A stretch of DNA of 64,000 nucleotides from an uncultured Ohtaekwangia sp. (GCA_964510765.1 CAZECP010000011.1:2519-66518), one strand, 5' to 3'. Counted from the first letter of the stretch, positions 18,366-28,600 are shown. Program-made: numbers and translations. Notes: generated by a model not told the origin, from the letters alone.

Positions 18366-19457
18366 ATGGAAAAATTTACCCTCGGAGTTGAAGAAGAATA
18401 CATGGTGATCGATCCCGTTACTCGGGAATTGAAATCACATGATCAAAAAATTGTAGAGATCGCTTCCAAAGTGCTGGGCGACCACGTGAAAGCAGAAATG
18501 CACCAAGCCGTGGTGGAGGTGGGCTCCAGCATCTGTAAAAATGTGGACGAAGCCCGCGAAGACATCACCAGGCTTCGCAAATATGTTGGCGAGGTAGCGG
18601 GTGAATTGAATTTAAAAATTGGTGCTGCGGGCACGCACCCGTTCTCGCACTGGAGTAAACAGCTCATTACGCCCAACCCACGCTACGATGAAATCGTGAA
18701 CGAGATGCAGGAAGCTGCACGATCAAATTTAATTTTCGGTTTGCATGTGCACGTGGGGCTCAGCGACAAAAACATGGCGATCCACATCATGAACAACGTG
18801 CGCTACTTTTTGCCACATGTGTTCGCGCTCTCTACCAACTCGCCTTTCTGGGAAGGTCGCAACACGGGCTTTAAATCTTTTCGCACCAAAGTGTTCGACA
18901 AGTTTCCGCGCACATGCATCCCCGACTATTTCAACGACTGGGACGATTTCAAAAACTACATCAATTTATTAATACGCACACGCTGTATCGACAACGCCAA
19001 AAAAATCTGGTGGGACGTGCGTGTGCATCCGTTCTTCGACACGATCGAGTTCCGCATCTGCGATGTGCCACTGCGCGTGGAGGAGACAATGGCGATCACA
19101 GCCATCTTCCAGGCGCTGGTGGTCAAACTCTACAAGCTGCGCAAGCAGAACATGAGCTTCATCAACTACAACCGCGCGCTCATCAACGAAAACAAATGGC
19201 GCGCCTCACGCTACGGCCTCGATGGCAAACTCATCGACTTTGGCAAACAGGAAGAAGTGGATATGCGCTCGCTCGCCCTCGAGTTGCTTGACTTCATTGA
19301 CGATGTGGTGAACGACCTCGGCAGCCGCGATGCACTAAACTACGTTCATAAAATTCTGGAGAACGGCACCGGTGCCGATCGCCAACTCAAAGTCTTCCAC
19401 GAAACCCAAAGCCTGGAGAAAGTGGTGGATTATATTACGGAGCAGACGATGATGTGA
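18366..19457 (+). CDS. Carboxylate-amine ligase, YbdK / glutamate-cysteine ligase family 2 (GCS2)
   Basis: 'FTLGVEEEYMVIDPVTRELK', 'HVHVGL', 'WWDVRVHPFFDTIEFRICD' are GCS2 signatures. Confidence 0.85.
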   Translation: MEKFTLGVEEEYMVIDPVTRELKSHDQKIVEIASKVLGDHVKAEMHQAVVEVGSSICKNVDEAREDITRLRKYVGEVAGELNLKIGAAGTHPFSHWSKQLITPNPRYDEIVNEMQEAARSNLIFGLHVHVGLSDKNMAIHIMNNVRYFLPHVFALSTNSPFWEGRNTGFKSFRTKVFDKFPRTCIPDYFNDWDDFKNYINLLIRTRCIDNAKKIWWDVRVHPFFDTIEFRICDVPLRVEETMAITAIFQALVVKLYKLRKQNMSFINYNRALINENKWRASRYGLDGKLIDFGKQEEVDMRSLALELLDFIDDVVNDLGSRDALNYVHKILENGTGADRQLKVFHETQSLEKVVDYITEQTMM

Positions 19458-19482
19458 GTTGGTAGAACGCAATTTCGACAAA

Positions 19483-20160
19483 TCATTTATCAAGTTCCAA
19501 TTGCTTCCGCATGTTGATGTTGAAGATATATTGTTCCTCAATCGGAATAGCTTTGCGTGAAATATTATTTATGTTTCTACCTTCTCTCGTCCAAAGAAAT
19601 GGATAGAAATTAATTACGGTATTTCCATCTAGTTTTGAAACCTCTTCCCTCCATTGTGTCCATCTATTACCCTCATAGAATTTCTCTAAGTCGTTGTTGA
19701 AACAGAATTGTAGAAACTCGGAATAACTAAGATCGAGTGACTCATATTCTAGACTATCAGGTGCGAAGTAGTAGACTTTGCCTAAATCAGTGCCCAGTCC
19801 TCCTCCATTTAAAAGAAAAAAACCACCAATGACATCATCAGCGATTAATAAAAATGGTGATCCTTCTCCAAACTCCTTGAATGATTTTCCTTTGTTCCAT
19901 TCTGGTAATGTTCGGTTTAAACTCAAATGGCCTGAGCCTAGAATTCTAATCCAGCCGTCATCTATTAAGATTCCTCCCGTCATATAAATGATGGCTCCCA
20001 TTGGGGAACGTGTTGTTACTTGTGTTTGATATAAGGCTTGTGTTGCTTTCGATTCATCAACATCTAGAATCTCTACTTTATTTTTTGCAGTCTCAATCCA
20101 ACTTTTTACCATTGTCCAACTTGGCTCGAATACATTTATCAATTCTTCAACTGGTCTCAT
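19483..20160 (-). CDS. DUF2625-like hypothetical protein
   Basis: The track ORF 19483..20355 overlaps the divergent GATase gene. The internal ATG at 20160 (MRPVEELINVF...) removes the overlap. 'GGILIDDGWIRILGSG' and 'GGFFLLNGGGLG' resemble DUF2625, recalled from memory. Confidence 0.5.
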   Translation of the reverse strand: MRPVEELINVFEPSWTMVKSWIETAKNKVEILDVDESKATQALYQTQVTTRSPMGAIIYMTGGILIDDGWIRILGSGHLSLNRTLPEWNKGKSFKEFGEGSPFLLIADDVIGGFFLLNGGGLGTDLGKVYYFAPDSLEYESLDLSYSEFLQFCFNNDLEKFYEGNRWTQWREEVSKLDGNTVINFYPFLWTREGRNINNISRKAIPIEEQYIFNINMRKQLELDK

Positions 20161-20265
20161 AGATTCTAACTTCTCGTTATACACTAATGTAGAAAATGCA
20201 TGTTCAGATTCAAAACAAGTATTTCTGAGCGACACATAACTTCTTATCTTTGCCAAACCTAAACT

Positions 20266-21084
20266 ATGAAGATCGCGATTTTGGATTTGTATGAAGGAGA
20301 AGCCAACGAAGGCATGCGCTGTATTCGCGAGATCGTGGAGAATTTTATCAAGCAATCGCCCTTCGCAGTTTCGTATGAAGTGTTTGACGTGCGGCTGAAA
20401 AATGAAATCGCAGATTTGAATTTTGACACCTACATTTCTTCCGGTGGACCGGGAAGCCCGATCACCAGCCAGGGCTCGAAATGGGAGCGGAATTATTTTT
20501 CACTGATGGATGGAATACTCAGGCACAATCGAGAAAGTCCTTCGCAGCCCAAGCATGTATTTTTAATTTGTCACTCGTTGCAAATCTTTTGCCGCTATTA
20601 CAACTACGCACGCATCACGAAGCGCAAGAGCACGGCCTTTGGCGTGATGCCCATTCACAAGACGAAATTCGGCAAAGAGGAGTTGACGTTGCTACATCTT
20701 ACCGATCCGTTTTATGCGGTTGACTCGCGCGATTACCAGATCATCCAGCCCGATGAGGAAAAATTTCGGAAAGGTGGCGGACATATTTTGTGTATTGAAA
20801 AAGAGCGTCCGCACATTTTGCTGGAGCGCGCGGTGATGGCTATTCGCTTTAATGAATTTATCATCGGCACGCAGTTTCATCCCGAAGCAGATTCAGACGG
20901 CATGCATCGCTACTTCTTGCGCGAGGACAAGAAGAATATGGTGATCAAAAAATATGGCGAGCGCAAATATTTTCAGATGATGCAGATGCTGAACGAGCCG
21001 GATAAAATCAAGCTGACTTACAAAAGTGTGCTGCCTTCGTTTTTGAAAATTGCGTCAAAGGCGTATTCTTCTGTTGAAGCATGA
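20266..21084 (+). CDS. Class-I (type 1) glutamine amidotransferase-like protein
   Basis: 'MKIAILDLYEG', nucleophile-elbow position 'FLICHSLQ' (Cys), and 'GTQFHPE' supplying the His/Glu of the triad. Confidence 0.75.
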   Translation: MKIAILDLYEGEANEGMRCIREIVENFIKQSPFAVSYEVFDVRLKNEIADLNFDTYISSGGPGSPITSQGSKWERNYFSLMDGILRHNRESPSQPKHVFLICHSLQIFCRYYNYARITKRKSTAFGVMPIHKTKFGKEELTLLHLTDPFYAVDSRDYQIIQPDEEKFRKGGGHILCIEKERPHILLERAVMAIRFNEFIIGTQFHPEADSDGMHRYFLREDKKNMVIKKYGERKYFQMMQMLNEPDKIKLTYKSVLPSFLKIASKAYSSVEA

Positions 21085-22274
21085 TCAAAGAAGTTCGTCA
21101 GCGCTACAACGAATCATTCTCGGAAGAGAAGTATCAAACGTTTTTAGAGAATCTTAACCGTGCTTTCAACCACAAAATTACGTTCCGTGTAGCGGAAAGC
21201 CCGGTGTTTGTTGATAAGGTTTTTAGGGAGAAACTCTTCAAAGCTTCAGATCAGATCATCGACTTTCTTGTGAGAGATGATTTTAAAAAAGTAACGGAGC
21301 GTGCAATCCCTTCTCACCTGCGTGTTCCCAACGAAACTGGACATACACATTTTCTTGCTCTTGACTTTGCAATTGTAAAAGATGAACAAGGCGAACTTCA
21401 ACCACAGTTGATTGAGATGCAGGGTTTCCCCTCGTTGTTTGGCTGGCAGGATTTTCTCGCAAGCCAATTCAAGAAAGAATTTTATTGCCCATCAAATTTT
21501 CAAAATCATTTTGGATTGAATGAGGAGCAGTATCAATCGCTGTTCAAAAAATTCTTATTGAATGGTCACGCTGCTGAAAATGTGATCTTGTTGGAGATCG
21601 ATCCGCTCAAACAAAACACCGCCATCGATTTTATCATTACAGAGAAAATCACAGGCGTTGATCCCGTGCACGTGGAGGATGTTTTGAAAGAAGGTCGAAG
21701 TCTTTTTTATAAGAAGGATGGAAAGAAGATTCAAATCAAACGTATCTACAACCGTGTGATTTTTGATGAGCTGGTGAAAAGACCGGATTTGAGAATGAAT
21801 TTTAAATTCACAGATGACCTTGATGTGGAATGGGCGGGTCATCCGAATTGGTTTTTTCGCATCAGCAAATTCACGATGCCATTTATTAGGAGTGAATTTA
21901 TTCCTGAATGCAAATTCCTCAGTGACTATGAAAAATTTCCCACCGACCTGGAGAATTATGTTTTGAAACCTTTGTTCTCTTTCTCAGGTAGTGGAGTAAT
22001 TTTTCACGTGCGAGAGAGTGATCTGAATTCGATTCCAGTGTCAGAGCGATCAGATTACATGTTGCAACGAAAGGTTAACTATGAACCCGTGATCAATGCT
22101 CCCGATGGAACGGTGAAAACCGAAATCCGACTTCTGTTTATATGGGAAGATGATAAACCAAGACCAACCTTAGTAACTAATCTTGCTCGCCTCAGTCGCG
22201 GAGAAATGATAGGCGTGAAATACAACAAAGACAAAACCTGGGTTGGCGGATCAGTCTGCTTTTTTGAACAATAA
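21081..22274 (+). CDS. Conserved hypothetical protein, possibly with an ATP-grasp-like fold
   Basis: 397 aa with a 4-nt overlap with the GATase gene. 'YVLKPLFSFSGSGVIFHV' resembles the ATP-grasp K-x-Gly-rich loop and 'LQPQLIEMQGFPS' may be a second element. The fold call is weak. Confidence 0.4.
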   Translation: MIKEVRQRYNESFSEEKYQTFLENLNRAFNHKITFRVAESPVFVDKVFREKLFKASDQIIDFLVRDDFKKVTERAIPSHLRVPNETGHTHFLALDFAIVKDEQGELQPQLIEMQGFPSLFGWQDFLASQFKKEFYCPSNFQNHFGLNEEQYQSLFKKFLLNGHAAENVILLEIDPLKQNTAIDFIITEKITGVDPVHVEDVLKEGRSLFYKKDGKKIQIKRIYNRVIFDELVKRPDLRMNFKFTDDLDVEWAGHPNWFFRISKFTMPFIRSEFIPECKFLSDYEKFPTDLENYVLKPLFSFSGSGVIFHVRESDLNSIPVSERSDYMLQRKVNYEPVINAPDGTVKTEIRLLFIWEDDKPRPTLVTNLARLSRGEMIGVKYNKDKTWVGGSVCFFEQ

Positions 22275-22396
22275 GTTCGGTTTCGCTCATACCTAAAGTG
22301 GGTTGATATTCGGCAGACTTATCAGCCACTCAAGTAAAATTTTCTCTCGATAAAACTTTTCCACGTTGGTACTCATCAAGCTATAAATCCACCACT

Positions 22397-24784
22397 ATGT
22401 TGAAGAGCTACCTGACTATTGGTATTCGCAACCTGCTGAAACAAAAAGGTTATTCAGTAATTAAAATTGCCGGGCTTGCGCTTGGCCTTGCCGCTAGTCT
22501 CATCATTTACCTATATGTAGAAGAAGATTTGTCGTACGACAAGTTTCATCGCAATCATGATCGCATCGCGCGATTACTCACGATTGACAATGCCGAAGGA
22601 GTGAGCAGCAAGCTCGTGGGTGTGACTGCACCTGCACTCGCCCCTGCTGTAGAAACAGAACTTCCCGAAGTGCTTAAAGCTGCACGACTCAGCGGTGGTG
22701 GACAGCTCGATTTAAGTTACAAAGACAATGTGCTCAAGTGCGATGCAGGATTCAGGACAGAGTCGTCATTCTTCGAAATTTTTGATTTCAAAATCCTGGA
22801 AGGAAAGAAGCAAGGAACACTTGACGAGCCTAACTCCATTGCCATCACACAAAAACTTGCAAAGCGTTTGTTTGGAGATGAAACTCCGATTGGTAAAACA
22901 GTAAAGCTTAATCAAACTCTTGATTTGAATGTGGTCGCGCTTGTTGAGGACCCGCCACACAATTCGCACATTCAATTTGATTTGCTGCGCTCACTCACAC
23001 CCGGTCAAAATGAAGATCAGTTCAAACAATTTTTACAAAACTGGCAAGGCATCGCGATGTTCACATATGTGTTGTTGGATAAACCTTTGGATGCAGCTTC
23101 ACTTAATCCAAAGCTGAAAGAGATCGCCAATAAAAATAAAGCCACTGATTTTTTCACACCGGTATCGCAGCCGCTCAATGATGTGCATCTTCATTCCAAA
23201 GAAATTCTTTTTGAAACCAATGCGAATAAGTCAGATGTTTTGAATGTGTATGTGCTCTCGACCATTGCTATCTTAATTCTTTTATTGGCTGCTGTAAACT
23301 TCATGAACCTGGTGACAGCGAAGTCGGTGAGCCGTGCAAAAGAAGTCGGACTACGCAAAGTAATTGGTGCCGTTCGAAATCAATTGATCAGCCAGCATTT
23401 GAGCGAATCGATTTCGGTTGTTGTGATCTCAGCCTTGCTGGCAATTGGGATAGCTTTTCTCCTCACACCTTTTTTGAATAGTGCTTATCAACGTTTTGCA
23501 GACACTATGATTTTGCTGCAGAGCAGGACTATTTTATTTTTTATTATTTTGATCTTAGTGGTTGGAGTTCTGGCCGGACTCTATCCAGCATTTGTTCTTT
23601 CTTCATTCAAACCGGTGATGGTGTTGAAGGGATCGTTCAAAAATTCAGAAGGTGGCATTCGCTTGCGCAAGGCTTTGGTGGTTTTACAGTTCACTATTTC
23701 CATCGCATTGATGGTAGGCACCGGCATTGTGTATCAACAGATGAAATTTATTTACACGGCTGACCTCGGCTACGATCGCGAGCAGGTAATCACGATGAGC
23801 CTGAACAATCAAACGTTCAACAAAGCAAAAACTTTAAAAGATGAGTTACTCCGAAATCCCAATATTGTTTCTGTCGGAACAAGCTCCACGCGATTGGGAC
23901 AACAACTGGGACGCACACAAATATTCCCGGAAGGCGTGAGCAACGAAACCAACATCATCACAAGCATCATGACTGCCGATGAATCGTATATTTCAACACT
24001 AGGAATGAAAATAAAAGAAGGGCGTGGTTTTTCTTTGGATTATAACGACTCGCTGAATATGGTGATCAACGAGGAGATGGCACGGATGCTGAAATGGAGT
24101 GATGCGGTGGGAAGAAAAATCAGTTTGCAGAGCGGACCGAATCCAACTGATATCACGGCCTATACGGTGATTGGCGTGATGAAGGATTTTCATTTCGCCA
24201 CTATCCGTCACAAGCTCGAGCCGATGTTTATACTTTACAGTAAAAACAACGGAGCGCTTGCCATCAAAGCCAAAGCAGAGAACATGAAAGAGACTATCTC
24301 GTTCATCGAACAAACGTGGAAAAAAGTAAATCCGGGATCGACTTTCGATTTTGCATTTCTCGATGAACAGTTCGCCAACCTGTACAGGAACGAGCAAGCG
24401 TTTGCCACGATGTTCACGCACTTCACAGTGCTGGCGATTGTGATTGCAGTGCTTGGACTGTTTGCACTTTCTGCGTTCACTGCTGAGCAGCGGAAAAAAG
24501 AAATTGGCATCCGAAAAGTCTTAGGTGCGGGAAACGGAACAATTCTCTATCGCCTTTCGATGGAATTTGTGCAATTGATTCTAATTGCTTTTTTAGTGGC
24601 GAGCCTTGTGTCATACTTTGTGATGGAAAAATGGCTAGATGATTTTCAATACCGAATCACGATTGGAGTCGGCATCTTCCTTGTGACTGCATTCGCGTCT
24701 GTTGGTATTGCTTTATTGACCGTAAGTTTCCAGGCGATGAAAGCTGCGTGGAGCAACCCGGTTGATTCGTTGCGGAGCGAATGA
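22397..24784 (+). CDS. Full-length FtsX/MacB-like ABC transporter permease (two FtsX domains plus periplasmic MacB_PCD-like domains)
   Basis: 795 aa. The N-terminus 'LKSYLTIGIRNLLKQKGYSVIKIAGLALGLA' and 'EIGIRKVLGA' are typical of the Bacteroidota FtsX-like permease family. No adjacent ATPase gene. Confidence 0.85.
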   Translation: MLKSYLTIGIRNLLKQKGYSVIKIAGLALGLAASLIIYLYVEEDLSYDKFHRNHDRIARLLTIDNAEGVSSKLVGVTAPALAPAVETELPEVLKAARLSGGGQLDLSYKDNVLKCDAGFRTESSFFEIFDFKILEGKKQGTLDEPNSIAITQKLAKRLFGDETPIGKTVKLNQTLDLNVVALVEDPPHNSHIQFDLLRSLTPGQNEDQFKQFLQNWQGIAMFTYVLLDKPLDAASLNPKLKEIANKNKATDFFTPVSQPLNDVHLHSKEILFETNANKSDVLNVYVLSTIAILILLLAAVNFMNLVTAKSVSRAKEVGLRKVIGAVRNQLISQHLSESISVVVISALLAIGIAFLLTPFLNSAYQRFADTMILLQSRTILFFIILILVVGVLAGLYPAFVLSSFKPVMVLKGSFKNSEGGIRLRKALVVLQFTISIALMVGTGIVYQQMKFIYTADLGYDREQVITMSLNNQTFNKAKTLKDELLRNPNIVSVGTSSTRLGQQLGRTQIFPEGVSNETNIITSIMTADESYISTLGMKIKEGRGFSLDYNDSLNMVINEEMARMLKWSDAVGRKISLQSGPNPTDITAYTVIGVMKDFHFATIRHKLEPMFILYSKNNGALAIKAKAENMKETISFIEQTWKKVNPGSTFDFAFLDEQFANLYRNEQAFATMFTHFTVLAIVIAVLGLFALSAFTAEQRKKEIGIRKVLGAGNGTILYRLSMEFVQLILIAFLVASLVSYFVMEKWLDDFQYRITIGVGIFLVTAFASVGIALLTVSFQAMKAAWSNPVDSLRSE

Positions 24785-25615
24785 TTATCGGATTGCAGTG
24801 ACCATTCGATTTTTTCCCTCAAGGTCTTTGATGAGTTTGACCTCTTGATAATCGTTTTGTTCGAAGAGTTCTTTGGTTTCTTTGGCGAGCAGCGGATTTA
24901 TCTCGGCCATTATTTTTCCATTTTGTTTGAGAAGGTGTCTGCCCCGTTCAGCCAAAGCTTTGTAAAAAAGCAGCGGATTGGAATCAGGAACAAACAAGGC
25001 AAGATGTGGTTCGTAGTTCAGAACATTCGAATTCATATCTTGCTTTTCATTTTCCATCACGTATGGGGGATTGCTGACGAGAAAATCGAGATCGGGCATT
25101 TTCAAATCTCCTTTCAAAAAATCAGCTTGAACAAATTCAACATTTGCCTTTAGCAGCTGTGCATTTTCTTTCGCAACAGCGAGTGCTTGTTCACTTACAT
25201 CAACAGCAAAAACTTTTGAATCGGGAATTTCTAAAGCAAGAGAGACAGCGATGCAACCGCTGCCGGTTCCAATATCCAGAATAGTTGGCGATTTTACTTT
25301 TTGATTAATCACTTCTTGCACAAGCAATTCCGTTTCTGGGCGTGGAATCAGCACGGATGGATTGACTTTGAACTTTCTATTACGAAACCAGGCCGTGCCC
25401 GTGATGTATTGAATCGGTTCATGTGAATTGATTCTTTGAATTTCATTTGAGAGTTTGTCAATCGAAGTTGCCGTGGGTTTACCAAGCAGAATATCATTTC
25501 GCGTGATGCCCAGCTTTTCTTCCAAAACGTGATAGGCAATAGCGGCCGCCTCGGACCTGTCTTCGAGGGAAATTTTATTTACTACTTCCTGAAAAAGTTC
25601 TTTGGAATTGGCCAT
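24785..25615 (-). CDS. prmC: Release-factor glutamine N5-methyltransferase
   Basis: 'ILDIGTGSGCIAVSLA' is the SAM motif and 'LVSNPPYV' is the NPPY motif. The ATG at 25615 (MANSKELF) is preferred because it avoids overlapping ribD. Confidence 0.85.
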   Translation of the reverse strand: MANSKELFQEVVNKISLEDRSEAAAIAYHVLEEKLGITRNDILLGKPTATSIDKLSNEIQRINSHEPIQYITGTAWFRNRKFKVNPSVLIPRPETELLVQEVINQKVKSPTILDIGTGSGCIAVSLALEIPDSKVFAVDVSEQALAVAKENAQLLKANVEFVQADFLKGDLKMPDLDFLVSNPPYVMENEKQDMNSNVLNYEPHLALFVPDSNPLLFYKALAERGRHLLKQNGKIMAEINPLLAKETKELFEQNDYQEVKLIKDLEGKNRMVTAIR

Positions 25616-25650
25616 GCCGAAAATGATCTTTGCAATGATAGCAATTTGAA

Positions 25651-26673
25651 ATGACACCGGACGAACTTTTCATGCAGCGTGCGCAGGAACTGGCTCTCTT
25701 GGGGGTTGGATTTGTAAGCCCGAACCCTCGCGTGGGCTGTGTGATTGTACATGATGGAAAGATTATTGGCGAAGGCTGGCATCAAAAATATGGAGAAGCC
25801 CATGCAGAAGTAAATGCAATCAATTCCGTCAGTGATCAATCACTCCTCAACGAAAGCACATTGTATGTGAATTTGGAGCCGTGCGCTCATTTTGGAAAGA
25901 CACCCCCGTGCGCTGATTTGATCGTGGAAAGGAAACTAAAGAAGGTTGTGATTTCTAATTTGGATTCAAATCCACTGGTCGGAGGGAAGGGTATTCAAAA
26001 ACTAAAAGCTGCTGGCATCGAAGTTCAAACTGAAGTTTTGGAAAAACAAGGTCGTGAATTGAACAAACGGTTTTTCACTTTCATCGAAAGGCAACGACCC
26101 TTTATCATTTTGAAATGGGCACAGACTTCTGACGGATTTATAGCGCAAAATAACTACGAATCGAAATGGATAAGCGGTGATCTTTCAAGGCAGATCGTTC
26201 ACAAAATGCGTAGTGAAGAAGATGCTGTTCTTGTGGGCACGCGTACGGCCAATCATGACAATCCAAAATTAAATGTGCGCGACTGGAGTGGCAGAAATCC
26301 GACAAGGATTGTTCTCGATCGATTCTTGAGATTGCCGCATTCTCTTCATCTATTTGATCGTAGCCAACCAACTATCGTTTATAATGTTGTGAAGCATGAA
26401 GAGCATTCCAATTTAATTTACTCTCGTGTTGAAGAAGAGAATTTTATTCCTTTGGTTGTAAAAGATATATATCATCGTAAAATCCAATCAGTGATTATTG
26501 AAGGTGGGGCGCAGACTTTGAAAATGTTCATTGAGGCAAAACTCTGGGATGAGGCCTATGTGTTTACAGGCACGCGCAGGTTTGGAAATGGAATTGCCGC
26601 TCCTTCCATGCATGGAACGCTAACTCATTCTCAAACAATTGGTGAGGACCTGCTTCAGGTTTTTCATGCGTAA
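25651..26673 (+). CDS. ribD: Bifunctional riboflavin biosynthesis deaminase/reductase
   Basis: 'HAEVNAI' and 'LYVNLEPCAHFGKTPPCADLI' are the CMP/dCMP deaminase Zn motif. The C-terminal part is a RibD reductase domain. 340 aa. Confidence 0.9.
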   Translation: MTPDELFMQRAQELALLGVGFVSPNPRVGCVIVHDGKIIGEGWHQKYGEAHAEVNAINSVSDQSLLNESTLYVNLEPCAHFGKTPPCADLIVERKLKKVVISNLDSNPLVGGKGIQKLKAAGIEVQTEVLEKQGRELNKRFFTFIERQRPFIILKWAQTSDGFIAQNNYESKWISGDLSRQIVHKMRSEEDAVLVGTRTANHDNPKLNVRDWSGRNPTRIVLDRFLRLPHSLHLFDRSQPTIVYNVVKHEEHSNLIYSRVEEENFIPLVVKDIYHRKIQSVIIEGGAQTLKMFIEAKLWDEAYVFTGTRRFGNGIAAPSMHGTLTHSQTIGEDLLQVFHA

Positions 26674-26832
26674 TACCCCATTCGTAGTTAGTTTGAACAA
26701 TCATGAATTTTAATAAATCATCCCAAGCGCGGACAAATTTGCCCGAAGGCGGTCATAGGACTTGCGGGTGGTTCAAAAATTTTTGTAAAATCGCTTATTC
26801 AAGTTGGCATTTCAATTGTAAAACAAATCCAC

Positions 26833-27084
26833 ATGGAAACACAAAAAGTCAAGACTTGCTTTACGATCTCCTTCACCGAAGATCAATACCTTCACGCCAA
26901 GGCCTACGTTGACGATATGAAAAGGCATCGTCAGCGTGTGTTCTGGGTCGGCAAGGAAAACAAAACCGATGAGGAACTGGTGATCGAACAAATTGCTCAC
27001 CGCATTCTTTCCGGATTTTACAATAACGATCCATACCGCGCAGCAAAACAAATCATGCGAATGGACAGCATGGCTTCGGCCTGA
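26833..27084 (+). CDS. Small hypothetical protein (83 aa)
   Basis: The ORF has plausible composition and fills the gap between ribD and the convergent phosphorylase gene. I recognise no family. Confidence 0.35.
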   Translation: METQKVKTCFTISFTEDQYLHAKAYVDDMKRHRQRVFWVGKENKTDEELVIEQIAHRILSGFYNNDPYRAAKQIMRMDSMASA

Positions 27085-27939
27085 TCAAATCTTATCGAGA
27101 ACGGATTTGATCAATGACTCCACAACCTTGTGCGGGTCTTTGGCAAATTTATTTTTGATCCGGTTGGCAATGATAGCGTTTAAGCTAAGTGCTTCATGGC
27201 CTAACATTCGCGCCATGGCGTAGTAGGATGATGTTTCCATCTCGAAGTTACTTAGCCAGAAATCTCCTTTGTGATAGTAATTCAGATCTTCCAATAAATT
27301 AGGAAGTCGCGTTTCAATTCTAAGCTTTCTCCCCTGCGGAGCGTAGAAGCCGGGTGTAGTCACTGTATTTCCTAAAGGAATATCATGAGCGAGTTCTTCA
27401 TAAAGACTTTCAGACCCTTTTACAACATATGGCATGAAAGGCAATCCGATTTTCTTTTGGATGTCGTGGGCGATGCCGGCCTCTTCATCGTTCATCGGCA
27501 GGTCGTAAAAATTCATCAGGTTGTCTAATCCAACGGCATAGTCAGAAGCGATGAAGGAACCAACAGGTATATCTTCCTGAAGCGCCCCTGAGGTGCCGAT
27601 GCGAATCACTTTCAATTTTTTTCTTTTCGATTTGGGCTCGCGCGTTTTCAAATCAATGTTAACAAGTGCATCCAGTTCCGTGAAAAATATTTCAACATTG
27701 TCAGTGCCGATGCCTGTACTGATTACCGTAATTTTTTTGCCGTTGTATTTTCCCGTGTGGGTAATGAACTCGCGTTTGTTCATTTCAAATTCCACGTCAT
27801 CAAAAAATTGACTCACCATGTAAACACGGCTCGGATCGCCCACAGCAATGATGGTATCTCCAATATTTTTCGGAAGCAGGCTGAGGTGATAGACGCTTCC
27901 ATCAGGGTTGAGTATAAGATCCGTTTCTGAAATTTTCAC
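27085..27939 (-). CDS. Nucleoside phosphorylase (PNP/UDP family 1)
   Basis: 284 aa. 'IRIGTSGALQ' and 'NFEMETSS' are typical PNP_UDP_1 motifs. Confidence 0.8.
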   Translation of the reverse strand: MKISETDLILNPDGSVYHLSLLPKNIGDTIIAVGDPSRVYMVSQFFDDVEFEMNKREFITHTGKYNGKKITVISTGIGTDNVEIFFTELDALVNIDLKTREPKSKRKKLKVIRIGTSGALQEDIPVGSFIASDYAVGLDNLMNFYDLPMNDEEAGIAHDIQKKIGLPFMPYVVKGSESLYEELAHDIPLGNTVTTPGFYAPQGRKLRIETRLPNLLEDLNYYHKGDFWLSNFEMETSSYYAMARMLGHEALSLNAIIANRIKNKFAKDPHKVVESLIKSVLDKI

Positions 27940-27948
27940 GCGAAAGAA

Positions 27949-28587
27949 TTATGATTTGATCGGCTGTGCCGGATTGCCGAAGACAGTTTCATTTGCTTTC
28001 ACAGGGCCAATCACTACCGAGCCTGCACCAATGCGGGCGCCTTTTCCAATTGTAATTCCCGAAACGATAGTTGCGCCTGAGCCTATGAAAACTTCATCTT
28101 CAATTGTTACGGACGGATTGATGTTGCAACCCATTCCTATTTGAACGAAGTCGCCAAGCTTTGCTTCAACTCCAATGGTTGCATTTGAATGGATCAGGCA
28201 ATGATTGCCAATCTTTGCACCCACATGGAGACATGCTCTATTGTCAACAAAATTACCGTGGCCGATTTCTGCTTTCGAAGAAATATTCGCGCCAGCATGA
28301 ACTGCATTCACAGGTTGCACATGACGAAGTTCCTGCAGCATTTTTACCAAACTCTTCCGTAGTCGGTTATCATCTACGGCTACAAAGGCTTCACATTTCT
28401 TGTTGATTAATTTCAGAAATCCATCGTCATCAGTAGCTCCTAAAACAACTGCATCGTCAATTTCTTTTTGATGAAGGGCTTTGTTGTCGTCTAGGAAACC
28501 ATAGACAACTACTTCATTGCTTTCAAAAATTTCTTTTGCTGAGCGGCCAATTGTATTGGCGCCAAAAATTAGTACCGGATTTTCCAT
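27949..28587 (-). CDS. Hexapeptide-repeat acyltransferase, NeuD / PglD-like
   Basis: An N-terminal Rossmann-like 'VLIFGANTIGR' is followed by left-handed beta-helix hexapeptide repeats (IG.. / VG.. periodicity). Confidence 0.75.
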   Translation of the reverse strand: MENPVLIFGANTIGRSAKEIFESNEVVVYGFLDDNKALHQKEIDDAVVLGATDDDGFLKLINKKCEAFVAVDDNRLRKSLVKMLQELRHVQPVNAVHAGANISSKAEIGHGNFVDNRACLHVGAKIGNHCLIHSNATIGVEAKLGDFVQIGMGCNINPSVTIEDEVFIGSGATIVSGITIGKGARIGAGSVVIGPVKANETVFGNPAQPIKS

Positions 28588-28600
28588 GTGGCAAAGATAA

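Noticed and set aside
25616-25650. FMN riboswitch upstream of ribD, and TPP riboswitch near thiL (63587-63706)
   Set aside because: The ribD upstream spacer is only 35 nt, shared with the divergent prmC, and is far too short for an FMN aptamer. The region upstream of thiL shows no TPP-aptamer-like CUGAGA/ACCUGA elements.
26703-26912. 69-aa ORF downstream of ribD
   Set aside because: It overlaps the more plausible 83-aa ORF (26833..27084) out of frame. It is rich in Cys, His, Trp and Arg, with no motif. It was probably called by chance in an intergenic region.
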